This document shows positions 37,915 to 48,421 of a DNA stretch of 64,000 bases, piece by piece. A program made the translations under genes and the position numbers. Each line of letters starts with the position of its first letter. The stretch's first letter is position 1. Location: sequence record MH383160.1, one strand, 5' to 3'. A model generated the notes under the pieces. The model ran no database searches. It was not told the DNA's origin and saw nothing but the letters and a program-made list of their open reading frames with translations.

Positions 37915-38462
37915 TTATCGTATCCATATAAAATATGATCTAGTGTACTTTGGACTTCTTCATGAAAGAATGAAGGGTAAACTTGTATTAATTTATCTTT
38001 AAGTTCAAGGGAATGGCATAGTTCTAATGTTTTGTAACAATCCTCGTACTGTGCCAGTACATGCAATGTACTTAACTGAAAATGTTGTTCTTCGGAGTAC
38101 AATAAATCATAAACCATATTATCGGATAAAAGATTAGATTTGATTGAAGGATCAAGTACTGTCTGATGGTGACCAACCCAAAAGATAGCTTTGGAGTTAA
38201 TGTTATTACAACCCCATCCTTTCCCCATCTTTTGGTGAATAGCAAATACACAGGAATCATACAAATTAATGTTCAGACGTTCTTCGTCTGCATGGATAGT
38301 TACACCATCAATAGATAGTGTATATTTGAAATCCATAGCCCCCTCACTTCGTGCACGGGAACTAAAGACGAGATATCGATGAATTATGGTATTGATTTTA
38401 TCTGCCCATCCTTCAACACATTTGGATGCACATAATGTAAAAAGATCATGATTGTAGTTCAT
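37911..38462 (-). CDS. FQ-module family protein
   Basis: SEEQHFQLSTLH. Confidence 0.8.
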   Translation of the reverse strand: MNYNHDLFTLCASKCVEGWADKINTIIHRYLVFSSRARSEGAMDFKYTLSIDGVTIHADEERLNINLYDSCVFAIHQKMGKGWGCNNINSKAIFWVGHHQTVLDPSIKSNLLSDNMVYDLLYSEEQHFQLSTLHVLAQYEDCYKTLELCHSLELKDKLIQVYPSFFHEEVQSTLDHILYGYDK

Positions 38463-38480
38463 AAAATTCTCCTTGAGAAC

Positions 38481-38516
38481 AATGTATCATACAAAAAAAC
38501 CAGAGTCAACCCCTGG
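38481..38516 (-). promoter_or_regulatory. nested terminator and promoter
   Basis: TTGACT-N17-TACATT with the -35 inside the CCAG/CTGG-T7 terminator hairpin. Confidence 0.7.
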
Positions 38517-38523
38517 TACAAAT

Positions 38524-39105
38524 TTAATCCATCATAAGTGGGATGATTGCCCATATCTTTTTCATAATCATATCTTCAGTAAAAACAAATGTTTTAGGAG
38601 CAGTATATGATATTGACACACCAAATGGAAGTTTGATTGCATCATCAATTATATTATGAATATCAAACCATGTTTTAACATAATCATATGGTGGAAGTTC
38701 ATGAATTGTACTTAACTGAAAGTAATGTTCTTCACCAAAATCATTATATTCAATTTCACAAATTTTAGTGAATTGTTGATTCCATTTAGATATAATACTA
38801 TTTTTATTATTGTACATAGTAGTTCTATGCATAAAACCATTTTTGCTAGTATGATTTGATATTATGTTTTCTTCAATGTCAGTATCTATTTTAAAATTCA
38901 TATCAAAGTTGTAGTACGGACTCGAAGATTCTTTGAATTTTAAATGTAAATTGCGATTGTTATTAATTTCAATTTCAATACAAAACACATCTGAATCAAA
39001 ACGATTAAACTTGTAATCGTTATCTTCCGGTAGATTCTGTATTTTTTTCATAATACTAAGCATAGGGTGTACTACACTTTTAATAAAATCATTTGTTATT
39101 TTCAT
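38524..39105 (-). CDS. FQ-module family protein
   Basis: GEEHYFQLSTIHE. Confidence 0.8.
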   Translation of the reverse strand: MKITNDFIKSVVHPMLSIMKKIQNLPEDNDYKFNRFDSDVFCIEIEINNNRNLHLKFKESSSPYYNFDMNFKIDTDIEENIISNHTSKNGFMHRTTMYNNKNSIISKWNQQFTKICEIEYNDFGEEHYFQLSTIHELPPYDYVKTWFDIHNIIDDAIKLPFGVSISYTAPKTFVFTEDMIMKKIWAIIPLMMD

Positions 39106-39598
39106 AGTATTCCTTTAGAACTTTATATGATTCAACAATACTATCTTGTGTATAATTTGAACTATATACAACAGCACTTGTTTTAGTTGACCATAGATAT
39201 GACATAAAGGTTATAACACTACTACATGGACTTAATGTATTGTTTTGAAATTCAATTTCTTCAATGTTATCAGTACTGGTATAGATGAATTGGAAAGTAT
39301 CTCGTTTCTGATTCGATACCGAAACTAAAGTGCAATCAGTATAAGGGTTGTATATAAATGTCTCATTACTAATTGAACTATCATTAGTATATGAAGGTTT
39401 GGGAATATAAATCAAACGCATGATATCACGTTCAAGACCTGACTTATTACTTTCCACCAAAGAAATCATATCTATAATTGTCATATGTTCAACACTGACA
39501 TGGAACTTTTTGTTTAGAATTACATCTTTTGGAGAATTTTTATATGAAGACAAAATCTCATACATCTCAACCAATTCGCGTGCATTTAATAAACTCAT
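39089..39598 (-). CDS. FQ-module family protein
   Basis: IEEIEFQNNTL. Confidence 0.75.
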   Translation of the reverse strand: MSLLNARELVEMYEILSSYKNSPKDVILNKKFHVSVEHMTIIDMISLVESNKSGLERDIMRLIYIPKPSYTNDSSISNETFIYNPYTDCTLVSVSNQKRDTFQFIYTSTDNIEEIEFQNNTLSPCSSVITFMSYLWSTKTSAVVYSSNYTQDSIVESYKVLKEYYENNK

Positions 39599-40023
39599 AT
39601 TTTGTCTCTTAATGAAAGAATATCCTTAGTATAAACTGAAACAGAAATATGATTATATTTCATCATTAATTTATACACATAAGAAGCTAGTACTAAATCG
39701 TAAATTAATTTAGTATTATATAGTACTTGGTATTGTAACGCAAGTGAATCAATATCATCTTTACTTTCAATATCCAGAAATGTACCAAAAATTGTAGTAC
39801 CGTAGAGATGAAAAGTGGAATTAATGCAATCAATGCATTCATTGTCCAACAGAGTAGATGATGATGCCCTCGGTGAATCCCAAATAGTCACTGCGTGTAT
39901 GCCCTCAACGAACAAATCTATCCATATTTTGTGTCGTTGTCTTTTTTTTGTTTTATAATTTTCTGGATTTGAAAGTGTAGTTTCAATTATATCCCATATG
40001 TACAAACAATCATCTCTTGTCAT
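39595..40023 (-). CDS. FQ-module family protein
   Basis: DSLALQYQVLYN. Confidence 0.7.
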   Translation of the reverse strand: MTRDDCLYIWDIIETTLSNPENYKTKKRQRHKIWIDLFVEGIHAVTIWDSPRASSSTLLDNECIDCINSTFHLYGTTIFGTFLDIESKDDIDSLALQYQVLYNTKLIYDLVLASYVYKLMMKYNHISVSVYTKDILSLRDKI

Positions 40024-40601
40024 TATAGCACCTTATCCATTGCTGCATTTAATGCTTTTAAACGATCTACATTCAAATTATTGAAGATGTATGTTCCTAA
40101 CATGTGGAAATCGAACTGGTACTTTTTGTATTCATGATAAATTAAACTACAAAAAATAACAGTACTAAGAACCTCTTCAGGTATAACAGTGCTCATCTGG
40201 AACAGTTCTTCTTCAACTGTACTTGATTCTGGATTGATAGATTTTAACACATACTCTTCATCACCGAATAGTACTTTAATATTATATAAAACACCAATAG
40301 TACTAATATGGAATGGGTGGTGTGAAAAACTTCCATCATCCTTAATTTGTATATCGGTTCTAATCTCACACTCTTGATTACTTTTATTTTTATTTTTTAC
40401 AATACAAATATTTCTAGCCCCAGAAATAGTAAGAATACCGTGATCGTAATATTCATTGGACCAACATTTAGATGAAATTGCTACATCACGGATGAGGTAT
40501 TGTTTTTCAATTTCTTTCGCACTACTAACAATTGATAACATTTTTGTACTGATATCATATAATAACTGATGGCGTTCTGTCATATAACTATAAGCGTTCA
40601 T
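40023..40601 (-). CDS. FQ-module family protein
   Basis: VEEELFQMSTVIP. Confidence 0.8.
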   Translation of the reverse strand: MNAYSYMTERHQLLYDISTKMLSIVSSAKEIEKQYLIRDVAISSKCWSNEYYDHGILTISGARNICIVKNKNKSNQECEIRTDIQIKDDGSFSHHPFHISTIGVLYNIKVLFGDEEYVLKSINPESSTVEEELFQMSTVIPEEVLSTVIFCSLIYHEYKKYQFDFHMLGTYIFNNLNVDRLKALNAAMDKVL

Positions 40602-41172
40602 ATTTTTCCTTAACCGATTCTATATTTTGAAGTAGTGTATTCAGAACATCAGTCTTGTAATTGATAAAATCATTGTACATAACTAGTTCACCACAATCAA
40701 GAACTTTTGCAGTATCGTAACAAAGCATTAAGTACTCGAATTCTTTGTAATTGTCCAACAATGATTTCTGGAAAATGAATGCATCTCGAATATCTTCACT
40801 TTGGTCTAATTCTGGTGGAACATCCAACCCAATAAAACCATCATCTTCACTGAAATCAGATTCTACAATTTTATTCATTTTTTCATGTAATGCATTCGCA
40901 AATACCATATTAGAAGAAATAGAACCAATACGTTCACGATTTCTGGATGTGCGAATGTACATAGTAATCGTATCCCATGAACTTTTAATTTTTTTAGAAA
41001 ATTCATAAGTTTTATATACATCCAACTGAACTGATCCAAAACGATGTTTGGATTTGTTTTCAATTTTCAGTCGATAATCATCAAATTCAACAATTTCTGT
41101 AATGTCATGAATCTCTGAAAGTTCTGCAATGTCATGCATGAGTCTCAAAATTTTAGTTCTGATATGGTTCAT
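40588..41172 (-). CDS. FQ-module family protein
   Basis: DAFIFQKSLLD. Confidence 0.8.
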   Translation of the reverse strand: MNHIRTKILRLMHDIAELSEIHDITEIVEFDDYRLKIENKSKHRFGSVQLDVYKTYEFSKKIKSSWDTITMYIRTSRNRERIGSISSNMVFANALHEKMNKIVESDFSEDDGFIGLDVPPELDQSEDIRDAFIFQKSLLDNYKEFEYLMLCYDTAKVLDCGELVMYNDFINYKTDVLNTLLQNIESVKEKYERL

Positions 41173-41735
41173 TGTGCATCCTCGAATTTAACAGGTACAT
41201 GTTCATTAATGAAATTCTTAAGAGCCTGTACTAAATCCTCTAATTCTTTTGTACTGTATTTTAAAATAGTTTTAAAGTGAATCAAATCTTTTCTTTCCAT
41301 GATCTTTGGAATTTTATATGCTAACTCTAAACAGCGTACAGTACTGGCATCATACAAAAGGTTTGCGTTGAACATTAGCACATTGTATTCATCAGATGAA
41401 ATTTTATAATTATATGTATCAATCACTTCATGTGTGTATAAATTCTTATACACAATTTTATTCTCACTGAAGTTTGAGCAAACACACAGATAATCGTTGT
41501 AAAATGAAGAACGATAATCTTGTTTACGTTGTACATCTGCTATGATTTGTAATACTGTATATTTTTCTTCAGAATCCAACTCAATGTTAGCATAACTGCT
41601 CGCAGTTTCAGATACAAGGATATTGATGTTATATTTCTCATTAACTTTAATGTACTGGCGTGAACCAGTATCAGGAATGAACTTAAAACAATGCTTCAGA
41701 AGTAAGGTAACTTCTTTAATTAATTCAGTACTCAT
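41169..41735 (-). CDS. FQ-module family protein
   Basis: VLMFNANLLYD. Confidence 0.7.
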   Translation of the reverse strand: MSTELIKEVTLLLKHCFKFIPDTGSRQYIKVNEKYNINILVSETASSYANIELDSEEKYTVLQIIADVQRKQDYRSSFYNDYLCVCSNFSENKIVYKNLYTHEVIDTYNYKISSDEYNVLMFNANLLYDASTVRCLELAYKIPKIMERKDLIHFKTILKYSTKELEDLVQALKNFINEHVPVKFEDAQ

Positions 41736-41762
41736 ATCTTCTCCTGTCCTCTATTAAAAGCG

Positions 41763-41791
41763 ATTATAACACATCTAAATGCTACTGTAAA
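41763..41791 (-). promoter_or_regulatory. sigma70-type promoter
   Basis: TTTACA-N17-TATAAT with TG extension. Confidence 0.75.
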
Positions 41792-41802
41792 GACATAAAC
41801 AC

Positions 41803-41826
41803 AAAAAGACCCATAAGGGTCTTTAT
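41803..41826 (-). terminator. Rho-independent terminator
   Basis: AAAGACCC/GGGTCTTT stem plus T run. Confidence 0.75.
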
Positions 41827-42389
41827 TTTGGTAAAACACTGTCAATGTACGCTAGAGCTTCATCTCCGAGGTACGTTCCATCTATTGTTATGTAATAGTT
41901 CATGGGAATATCACACCCAACCTTCTCATAAATTTTCATACATGATATCACATCTTCATCACAAATGGTACTCAATTGAAAAAGTACTTCATCAGTTAAA
42001 GGTACGATATCATGTTTAGATATAGGATTGGTATTTTCATTTAAAACAATATCAAACAAGTTGGGAGTATTCTTTGACGAAATGTAACGATGCTTACTAC
42101 GAATTACCATTCTCGATAGTGAAATACTGGAACTCCATCTTGGATCAACATCTTCATATGATAACGATATTAACATCTCGTGAAAATCTTGGAATTTCAT
42201 TGATGCATAATATGTTTTTTCCTCACCGTACATTCCAAATGATTTGAATTCAATGTCACCTATATTGTGTGTATCACTGGCACTATTCACGAAATTTAAC
42301 AGACTATTGATTAGTCTGATTAGAATATCATCTTTATCCATTCTTAAATAACTCCAAGTGCATGTCGTATAAATCTCTGAAGTCTTCAT
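41823..42389 (-). CDS. FQ-module family protein
   Basis: TDEVLFQLSTICD. Confidence 0.8.
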   Translation of the reverse strand: MKTSEIYTTCTWSYLRMDKDDILIRLINSLLNFVNSASDTHNIGDIEFKSFGMYGEEKTYYASMKFQDFHEMLISLSYEDVDPRWSSSISLSRMVIRSKHRYISSKNTPNLFDIVLNENTNPISKHDIVPLTDEVLFQLSTICDEDVISCMKIYEKVGCDIPMNYYITIDGTYLGDEALAYIDSVLPK

Positions 42390-42897
42390 AGAAATCTTTT
42401 TCTTCCAGAATATCCTTTAAACTAGGAAACTCTTCCATAATTTCTTCTATATCCGATTCTATGAAAAACCCTGATGGATTATCGTAGTTTTGTAACAGAT
42501 AACTGAAAGTAATAATGTAAAGAAGTTCATTAGGATCGTGAATTAAACTTAGCTGGAACATAGCTGATTCTAAATCGGATTCAGTACTAAGATCAACCCA
42601 ACGTGAATTTCTATAATCAATTCGTACTTGACTTGTATTTGGATTCCATGTGAAGCAATGTGTACCAATATGACCTATACAACCAACCCTTGTACTGTCT
42701 CCGGTATCAACACTGATATCAACAAATAGTTCAACACTGATATCGGATGATGTTACACGACCTTTTTTCAGAAATAAATCATTATCCTTACGAAATTGTT
42801 TGGATGAAAGAGTGTCAATGATGCACATCAATGTTTTTGCAAATGCAACACAATGACGAAATTCAAGCCTATGAAATTGGTAATCATTGATATTCAT
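42334..42897 (-). CDS. FQ-module family protein
   Basis: LESAMFQLSLIHD. Confidence 0.8.
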   Translation of the reverse strand: MNINDYQFHRLEFRHCVAFAKTLMCIIDTLSSKQFRKDNDLFLKKGRVTSSDISVELFVDISVDTGDSTRVGCIGHIGTHCFTWNPNTSQVRIDYRNSRWVDLSTESDLESAMFQLSLIHDPNELLYIITFSYLLQNYDNPSGFFIESDIEEIMEEFPSLKDILEEKDFYEDFRDLYDMHLELFKNG

Positions 42898-43436
42898 AAT
42901 TCAACCCCCAATATTTTATCAGCAATTGATATAACCTTATCATTGAATACATTACCAATCTCAATCCTTATATACATAGCAGGTGGAATCTTTCCTTGTA
43001 GTGAATAATATGTTTGTATACCTAAGTACTCATTATCTGATAATGAAAATTTGATTCTCTCCATATCAATGTCTGTTACTGGTAAATCAATCATTTCATA
43101 ATGGTAGTCAACGTTTTCAGTGTATATTTTATCGAAGTAATTTGAATAATCACTACTAATATAGATGCTATCATCACGAATAATCACTTTATAATCAGAA
43201 GGTTCAAATTTATCTTTAGAAGAAAAGAATGCATCATCTATCTTCTCTTCTCTTATACCGAATAACATTTTACCATCATATTTTACATCAAGAATACTAC
43301 CTAGTATATTAATGGTACAATGCTCATCAATATTATGACGTAAAGAACGAGTCTTGTATTTTGGGTTAATGAAAATTTTCATTAATTTTATACAAATGTC
43401 AGTAATGCATTTTACATTCTCATTTTCTATGTACAT
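42894..43436 (-). CDS. FQ-module family protein (degenerate)
   Basis: MERIKFSLSD at the equivalent position. Confidence 0.7.
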   Translation of the reverse strand: MYIENENVKCITDICIKLMKIFINPKYKTRSLRHNIDEHCTINILGSILDVKYDGKMLFGIREEKIDDAFFSSKDKFEPSDYKVIIRDDSIYISSDYSNYFDKIYTENVDYHYEMIDLPVTDIDMERIKFSLSDNEYLGIQTYYSLQGKIPPAMYIRIEIGNVFNDKVISIADKILGVEL

Positions 43437-43914
43437 TAAAAGCCCTCTTTAATTCTTTTACATTTTTAATGAATACTTTCATTGCAGAAATCTCAAAAGA
43501 TAATGTATTAAATTTGCAGTACTTTTTAAAGTACGACATTATGAATAACATTTTGAGTTCTTTTTCTGTGTAAATTAAACTATTTTGAAAGTAACTTTCT
43601 TCTGATAAATCATCAAGAAACGGATATAAAACTCCATTTGTTCTCAAGAACATGATACCTTCACTCCATGATCTAAATGAAAGGTAATCAGTCTTACCAC
43701 ATTCATATAAGGAGTTTATCATTCCATCAATCATTAAGGAGAACTCAATACTGTATCCTAATCTTTCACACTTGTATCTCTTATCTTCTTTCTTTGTAAT
43801 TACGAAGTGATGACCCAGTGAGTCTTTGTTATCGAAAATGAAATCAACTGTCTCTAAACACTCCTTAGCGAACTTCATAGTTTCTCTGTACTTTCGGTTC
43901 ATTAGTCTCTCCAA
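43420..43914 (-). CDS. FQ-module family protein
   Basis: SEESYFQNSLIY. Confidence 0.8.
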   Translation of the reverse strand: MERLMNRKYRETMKFAKECLETVDFIFDNKDSLGHHFVITKKEDKRYKCERLGYSIEFSLMIDGMINSLYECGKTDYLSFRSWSEGIMFLRTNGVLYPFLDDLSEESYFQNSLIYTEKELKMLFIMSYFKKYCKFNTLSFEISAMKVFIKNVKELKRAFNVHRK

Positions 43915-44315
43915 ACTTTACCAGGGAAGTGTTTCTCGTAGTACTCATCATCACTTAACATATAATCAGGAGTTTCTACTTCTATGGTTTTGAAGATTGT
44001 TTCTGGAATGTGTGTGACTTTATTGGGTTGTACTTTATGTTCGCGTAAAACCTTCTGTATCGCTCCTAGACGTTGTAAATCGATACATGTAGGAAAGACT
44101 AAGCTGTACTGAAATAGCTCGTCGGGGGTCATTATAGACACATCCTTAGCTTGTTTGATTTTATTGTTGGCATCAATGAATATATCAAATCCTTGTACAG
44201 CATTATAGCTTACATAGGTTGTTTTATTTTTGTCAATAGGAGCACTTAAACGATATCCATATACCCCGTGTTGGTCAACAATGCATCGTTGCATAATTTT
44301 AATCATTTCGAACAT
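43902..44315 (-). CDS. FQ-module family protein (short type)
   Basis: TPDELFQYSLVF. Confidence 0.8.
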   Translation of the reverse strand: MFEMIKIMQRCIVDQHGVYGYRLSAPIDKNKTTYVSYNAVQGFDIFIDANNKIKQAKDVSIMTPDELFQYSLVFPTCIDLQRLGAIQKVLREHKVQPNKVTHIPETIFKTIEVETPDYMLSDDEYYEKHFPGKVWRD

Positions 44316-44661
44316 AATTTACCTCGTATGTGTTATAATTCCACGCTTTAACACTATCCATTTGTATATCCTGAACTTCATGGAAATATTTAAGTACCTT
44401 CTGGTATTCCATTATTTCATATACATCTTCAGTATTGACAGTGCTCTCCTGAAACAATTCCTCTTCTGATAAAGTACTATAATCCGGGATTTTTATTTCA
44501 GAATATATCTCATTCATATATGAATCATTTTGGTAAATCTGTAGATAAAACTGATTATATTCAGGGATATAGGTTACGAAATGGTTCTTGTTGAATTCAT
44601 ATCTTGAAGCAAAGCATTCATTGCCATCCGTCATGTACTGAATTGTTTTCTTATTTTGCAT
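44299..44661 (-). CDS. FQ-module family protein (short type)
   Basis: PDYSTLSEEELFQESTV. Confidence 0.8.
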   Translation of the reverse strand: MQNKKTIQYMTDGNECFASRYEFNKNHFVTYIPEYNQFYLQIYQNDSYMNEIYSEIKIPDYSTLSEEELFQESTVNTEDVYEIMEYQKVLKYFHEVQDIQMDSVKAWNYNTYEVNYVRND

Positions 44662-45121
44662 TCAAATAATCCACGCATTTATAGTAGACTGCTAAATCTA
44701 AAAAGAATCGTTGATTGTATTTGTAATGATTAAGTAGTGCACCATAAAATAACATAGCATTAAGTACTTTTACATCATGAATACAAGAACCCTGAAAGTA
44801 CATTTCCTCTGACATGAAGACTAAATCATTATACGGAACAAATACTGCTTCTCTAAATGTATCAATATTAATCTTCAAATCAGACCCAGGGCAATATGAA
44901 ATGTATTCGGCTTTGTAATGAAAGTCATTATCATCAAAGTACTCCGCGTAGATTTGATTACCTCTACCATTAGTAAATGCTAGTCTTCCTTTAGATGAAC
45001 TGAACTCATCGTATTGAAACATACCACCAAAAGGCTTAGGACTTCTGAACTCCTTTGCAATGCGATAGATATTTTCTGTAAATTCTAAAACACCATAGTA
45101 ATCATATTCTGTAGTAATCAT
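44651..45121 (-). CDS. FQ-module family protein
   Basis: SEEMYFQGSCIHD. Confidence 0.8.
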   Translation of the reverse strand: MITTEYDYYGVLEFTENIYRIAKEFRSPKPFGGMFQYDEFSSSKGRLAFTNGRGNQIYAEYFDDNDFHYKAEYISYCPGSDLKINIDTFREAVFVPYNDLVFMSEEMYFQGSCIHDVKVLNAMLFYGALLNHYKYNQRFFLDLAVYYKCVDYLNAK

Positions 45122-45594
45122 AAACCATTTTTCTCCAGGTACTCAATAATACAATCGACATTGTTCAGGTCCAAGTAGAAATGATCACTATCGGAATTTA
45201 GTTCATTTTTAAGGGCTGTTAAAATCACTGAACTGAAAACAATCCTCTCTGGATACACAGTACTGTACTGGAAGAACTCTTCTTCAGTGTTAATTACAAT
45301 CGTATTAAATGCTTCATTTATAAGAAGATGATTGTAGTATTTGAAATTATCTGAACTTGGAAAATGGTATGAAATAAAATCACCACTTGGTACTTCATCA
45401 AGTACTCTAATGCTACAAGTTGATTCATCTGAACTATAGAGTAACCCATCCATAAAGGAAAGGTATCCATTTCGTTTAATAACTTTATGTTCCCCCACGG
45501 AAAAATCTTCAGTAACATTCGCAAGGAATTTATAAACCCTGATAATGTCTTTTGCTATTTTTTGTGCATTGCTAAATGATAGGTCTTTGGACAT
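45118..45594 (-). CDS. FQ-module family protein
   Basis: TEEEFFQYSTVYP. Confidence 0.8.
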   Translation of the reverse strand: MSKDLSFSNAQKIAKDIIRVYKFLANVTEDFSVGEHKVIKRNGYLSFMDGLLYSSDESTCSIRVLDEVPSGDFISYHFPSSDNFKYYNHLLINEAFNTIVINTEEEFFQYSTVYPERIVFSSVILTALKNELNSDSDHFYLDLNNVDCIIEYLEKNGL

Positions 45595-45627
45595 TGTGAT
45601 ATAACCCTTTACAATTAATATAAAGAG

Positions 45628-45657
45628 ATTATATCACAAAGAATCGGAGGGTGTCAA
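45628..45657 (-). promoter_or_regulatory. sigma70-type promoter
   Basis: TTGACA-N18-TATAAT with TG extension. Confidence 0.8.
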
Positions 45658-46238
45658 GATGGGTTGCGAAGTTCTACCATTTCTTTCCAAACTAATTGGT
45701 AATCTTCTAAGTCCAGATAGAAGTCTTCATTCCAGTGCTCATGAAAGTACTTATACATGAATAGAACTCCTAAATCGTATGCAGGAAACAATAATGATAG
45801 TTGAAAGTAGTATTCCTGATTTAAAACTATATCAATGAACTCTAATGTACGTATGCCACCTTTCGATGAACGTATCTCAATGTGTGAGGTATCCTTTATA
45901 CTGTAACACATGAAACCGCCTCTGAATTCTGGATCATATTCACATTCGAACTGCTCACTGTTGTTATAGAAATCTCTCCCACTTTCTTTATCTTTCGGTC
46001 TACGTACTGATACATGAATATTGTTATCACGGTACATTGAACGATTTAGTATTTTCAAACATTTGAACTTATTTTCTTTAATGAACTTGATAATATCAAT
46101 TATATCTTGTGCAGTACTGATAGCTGATTCGAATGTATCCAACTTAAGATGATTATATTGTGTTCCATTGTTCATTTTTTCATCTAACATATAAACCTCA
46201 TAATTCATACATTTTTGATTTGAACTGCATATGACCAC
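45654..46238 (-). CDS. FQ-module family protein
   Basis: QEYYFQLSLLFP; true start likely internal. Confidence 0.8.
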   Translation of the reverse strand: MVICSSNQKCMNYEVYMLDEKMNNGTQYNHLKLDTFESAISTAQDIIDIIKFIKENKFKCLKILNRSMYRDNNIHVSVRRPKDKESGRDFYNNSEQFECEYDPEFRGGFMCYSIKDTSHIEIRSSKGGIRTLEFIDIVLNQEYYFQLSLLFPAYDLGVLFMYKYFHEHWNEDFYLDLEDYQLVWKEMVELRNPS

Positions 46239-46533
46239 CTATTTCACATGGATAACAATTCATAATTTTGTTCAATAAAATCTGGTATTTTTTAATAACT
46301 TCTATATCAATTTTTATATTACTATTAAAAACTAATGATTCTTGAAATAATTCACCCTCGTCAAGTGAAGTAAAATCATTTATCTTCAACGGTATATTGT
46401 TGCATCGCAAGGAGAATGTATTTTCATCACGAATTAAAGTATAGAAATCATTATGTTTTTTATTATAATCAAATTTCACAAGTAGTAGTTTAATATGAGT
46501 AGCGTACATTACTTTCACTAATTCAGTCTTCAT
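46198..46533 (-). CDS. FQ-module family protein (short type)
   Basis: DEGELFQESLVF. Confidence 0.8.
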   Translation of the reverse strand: MKTELVKVMYATHIKLLLVKFDYNKKHNDFYTLIRDENTFSLRCNNIPLKINDFTSLDEGELFQESLVFNSNIKIDIEVIKKYQILLNKIMNCYPCEIGGHMQFKSKMYEL

Positions 46534-46885
46534 AACGGAATAAAATTCTCCTGTACTGCTCCGGTCCAGTACTCAATCTCTTCACTGGATAATTATCAAA
46601 GATTCTTTTCATTTCTTTCTGGATTAAACATAAGAAATCAAAGTTACAATCGTACTTATTATCCCATACTAAACTTTCTTGGAATAACTCATCCTCTTGC
46701 ATTAGTGTAGTGTCAATTACATCTTCACGAACATAGCTATATACTTCATAGCTCTTGAAGCCATCTTCTGATAATTCTAATTCATATGCCGCCATATCAA
46801 ACATATCATCATGGTTTGTCTTCAATGATATTAAACAAGTAACTAATTTTTTAGTTGTATAGTATGTAATACTTAATGTGTTCAT
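46523..46885 (-). CDS. FQ-module family protein (short type)
   Basis: QEDELFQESLVWD. Confidence 0.8.
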   Translation of the reverse strand: MNTLSITYYTTKKLVTCLISLKTNHDDMFDMAAYELELSEDGFKSYEVYSYVREDVIDTTLMQEDELFQESLVWDNKYDCNFDFLCLIQKEMKRIFDNYPVKRLSTGPEQYRRILFRYED

Positions 46886-46890
46886 TTGTT

Positions 46891-47493
46891 TTATACCTCA
46901 GTATAAAGCTTACAATAGCTTTCATCAAAATCACAAACACTTCTCAAGTACTGACACAGGTCAGTAAAAATATTTACATTTGCTATATATACATTATCAA
47001 ATTCTACTCGTTGAAAGAATGTATGCATAGAATTTGTAATATATCTCATTGCAGATTCACGTTCCATCGTTAAATCATTTGTGAACATTGCATCTTCATC
47101 AGTACTGACTAATTCAATATCAAATGATTGCATATATGGAATACTCTTTCCTAGGGCATAACTATCACCATATGATGCTTCTACTGCACCTTTAGAATAC
47201 ACCAATTGATATAAGTCCGAAATAGGGTTATAAAACGTGCGGCAAATTGAGGAACATAATTTATTATTCATCCAATAGAAAACCCTATTTGAATTACCGT
47301 CAAATGCTATACGCAATCCATCACCATCTAGAGTAATAATCCCATCCAGCATAAAAGAGAACTGAACTAATGCTTTTTCTAAGTCCATTCTTTTGTGATA
47401 AATGATTTCTTGCATATAGATAATATCATTTACTAATTTCTTAAAAAACAAATGCACATCTGCACTACAACATTTATTTGCATTTATTGGCAT
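46891..47493 (-). CDS. FQ-module family protein (degenerate)
   Basis: DEDAMFTNDL. Confidence 0.7.
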   Translation of the reverse strand: MPINANKCCSADVHLFFKKLVNDIIYMQEIIYHKRMDLEKALVQFSFMLDGIITLDGDGLRIAFDGNSNRVFYWMNNKLCSSICRTFYNPISDLYQLVYSKGAVEASYGDSYALGKSIPYMQSFDIELVSTDEDAMFTNDLTMERESAMRYITNSMHTFFQRVEFDNVYIANVNIFTDLCQYLRSVCDFDESYCKLYTEV

Positions 47494-48044
47494 AATAGTT
47501 CCTTATACATATTATGTACTTTACAAATCTCATTATAGTATTTCATATCAATATCATTTGTATTAAAAACGGAAACAGACAATACCGCTAAATCATCAAT
47601 GAAGTAATTATTATCGGCGTACTCTTTTAACTTATTGAACATATAGATGCATTTTATACTTAATTCATCATGCAACACACTGTTCTGAAAAATATTCTCT
47701 TCAGTATTAGGAGATAAGTAATCTTCAATTATATACGATAAACTACTATCGCAATCTTTATAGATTGAAATTGATGGATGTAATGTGTCATACATTACAC
47801 TAAACAGATCACCGTCATATGTGGATATTAAACTATTATTGGAAACAGTAGGATGATAATATTTCAGTACTGAAAACTTTGAACAATCAGTGCAGTAAAA
47901 ATGATCCATCCCTCGACGACTTTCGTATGAGAATAGTTTACTTGTATATTCAATCCCTTTGGTGCGACGGATTGTTTCATGCATTTCTGCACATTGCATT
48001 AAAATTACCATACGTTCAAACGCAAGATCTAAATCATCGTACAT
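47484..48044 (-). CDS. FQ-module family protein
   Basis: TEENIFQNSVLHD. Confidence 0.8.
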   Translation of the reverse strand: MYDDLDLAFERMVILMQCAEMHETIRRTKGIEYTSKLFSYESRRGMDHFYCTDCSKFSVLKYYHPTVSNNSLISTYDGDLFSVMYDTLHPSISIYKDCDSSLSYIIEDYLSPNTEENIFQNSVLHDELSIKCIYMFNKLKEYADNNYFIDDLAVLSVSVFNTNDIDMKYYNEICKVHNMYKELLCQ

Positions 48045-48225
48045 AACGGATATCCTTCTTCAACGAATTAATATATTCCAAAATAACTTGTTCCTGATAT
48101 TGAGTTCCCAAGTACATCAGGACTTTCAACTCTTTGAATTCAGTACTATATGAGTCTGTTTGCATCATTCTAGTAGAATATATATTGAATAGTTTAGCAA
48201 TGTCATTTTGGTCTATTATTTTCAT
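48034..48225 (-). CDS. LGTxxQE family mini-protein
   Basis: LMYLGTQYQEQVILEYINSL. Confidence 0.75.
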   Translation of the reverse strand: MKIIDQNDIAKLFNIYSTRMMQTDSYSTEFKELKVLMYLGTQYQEQVILEYINSLKKDIRYVR

Positions 48226-48421
48226 ATATTCTCTTCTGGATTAGTTCCTGTAAGTGCTGAATATAACCCTTCATTGCAACATCCTGTTTGTTAGAGCCAA
48301 CGAAGAACAAGAGCTTAAAGTCATGGTAATCCATTTTTGGTTTAGTAGTGAACCATATGTCCCACACTGCACTCACAGTTCTCATGTATTCAATTCGATT
48401 AAATGTTTTTGAATACTTCAT
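48203..48421 (-). CDS. LGTxxQE family mini-protein
   Basis: LFFVGSNKQDVAMKGYIQHL. Confidence 0.75.
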   Translation of the reverse strand: MKYSKTFNRIEYMRTVSAVWDIWFTTKPKMDYHDFKLLFFVGSNKQDVAMKGYIQHLQELIQKRIYENNRPK

